In this document: positions 31,432 to 32,000 of the stretch, in pieces
Layout of the letters: every line of letters starts with the position of its first letter
Position numbering within the stretch: the first letter of the stretch is position 1
NCBI RefSeq assembly: GCF_013407185.1
Contig: NZ_CP026995.1
Span: forward strand, 1,043,913 to 1,075,912
Source: Nitrosopumilus ureiphilus
GTDB taxonomy: Archaea > Thermoproteota > Nitrososphaeria > Nitrososphaerales > Nitrosopumilaceae
Length of the DNA: 32,000 nt
Reading direction: 5' to 3'
Program-made: the position numbers and the translations under genes
Notes under the pieces: generated by a model
Databases searched by the model: none
What the model saw: the letters and a program-made list of their open reading frames with translations, nothing else
Told to the model about the DNA's origin: nothing

Positions 31432-31998
31432 TTAGGCATTAGTTCTTTGTTTTGTCTTAAAAGGCATAGGACATTCTTTTAGGAATACTTCTTTTCTTTT
31501 ACCCTCTATTTTTGCAAAAAATTTGCCATCATAAGTACAAACACAATCTGTGATCTCTAAGGATTCATCCCAGATCTTGAAAAACTCTCTTAATTCTCGA
31601 CTCTCATATTTGCCGATATCGATCCTTTTTTTTGATAGAAATTTGAATGCTAAAAGCACATTCCTTTTTTCATAAATATCAAAAGTTTTAATCCATGATA
31701 AGCATCTTTCAATTTGATCTGCAGGTACTGGAAGCGATGTACTAGTTCCAGATTTTGCCTCTATTGTGAAAATTGTACTGATATCAGTATTTACTGCTAA
31801 TACGTCAGGTAATGCAATACTTGGAGAACCAAGTCGAAAGGCTTTCCATTTGTCAGTATTGTTAAATCGTTTTACAATGGTGTCTTCCCATTGATAGCCT
31901 CTTTGTCTTCGTGTTCTAGCAGCTTTTTGATTATTCGTTATCGTATTTCTATTAGTTTTTTGCTTTGTAATTGTAAATGATGATACTTTTCTTCTCAT
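31432..31998 (-). CDS. Hjc-like Holliday-junction-resolvase-family nuclease (PD-(D/E)xK) with a basic N-terminal extension
   Basis: 188-aa ORF. RGYQWEDTIVKRF...FRLGSPSIALPDVLAV...IFTIEAKSG...VLLAFKF follows the Hjc pattern G..E...(R..S)..PD..A...E.K. It also has about 35 extra basic N-terminal residues and a Cys-containing C-terminal extension. Confidence 0.6.
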   Translation of the reverse strand: MRRKVSSFTITKQKTNRNTITNNQKAARTRRQRGYQWEDTIVKRFNNTDKWKAFRLGSPSIALPDVLAVNTDISTIFTIEAKSGTSTSLPVPADQIERCLSWIKTFDIYEKRNVLLAFKFLSKKRIDIGKYESRELREFFKIWDESLEITDCVCTYDGKFFAKIEGKRKEVFLKECPMPFKTKQRTNA

Positions 31999-32000
31999 TG

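Noticed and set aside
1-32000. Search for CRISPR arrays, tRNA/rRNA genes, transposases, integrases and long terminal repeats
   Set aside because: I saw no regularly spaced direct repeats. No GC-rich cloverleaf-capable segments stand out from the AT-rich background. No ORF has recombinase or transposase motifs.

Overview
The window looks like a compact, visibly AT-rich archaeal chromosome segment, most consistent with a marine ammonia-oxidising thaumarchaeon (Nitrosopumilus-like). All product calls come from motif recognition by eye and from memory; I ran no searches.

Gene content, left to right:
- 1-6887 (minus strand): one tightly coupled ribosomal-protein operon, L3-L4-L23-S19-L22-S3-L29-Rpp29-S17-L14-L24-S4e-L5-S14-S8. 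S14 and the S8 start are missing from the ORF track and were found by manual translation. rpl2 is absent from its usual slot between L23 and S19.
- 7-12.4 kb: a SPOUT methyltransferase, proteasome alpha subunit, several small hypothetical proteins, a ceruloplasmin/factor-VIII-like two-domain multicopper oxidase, and an ESCRT-III (CdvB-type) protein.
- 12.4-14.3 kb: a split DipZ-like pair (CcdA plus a membrane-anchored thioredoxin-like protein).
- 14.5-20.1 kb: a biotin cluster. bioF-bioB-bioA sit on the minus strand and bioD on the plus strand, separated by 1.4 kb of unrelated small genes.
- 20-28 kb: a stand-alone HMG-CoA synthase, a DsbA-like oxidoreductase, type II GAPDH, a DUF21-CBS-CorC transporter and threonine synthase.
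- 28-32 kb: a less conserved right end with Cys/His-rich micro-ORFs, a long ORF-poor spacer, an exported His-cluster protein, a pentapeptide-repeat protein and an Hjc-like nuclease.

I saw no rRNA, tRNA, CRISPR array, transposase or integrase.

Most interesting observations:
- The ceruloplasmin-like two-domain multicopper oxidase.
- The 1.4 kb interruption of the biotin cluster, which carries an orphan PIN-like gene, a possible Cas1/casposase N-terminal remnant and zinc-ribbon genes.
- Paired GTTAAC-type palindromes at the same position upstream of the rpl3 and bioB TATA boxes.
- Convergent Cys/His-rich micro-ORFs.
- The same-strand string of Hjc-like nuclease, an unknown protein and a pentapeptide-repeat protein at the window edge.

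None of these is demonstrated to be a new system. Each needs profile searches and comparative genomics.
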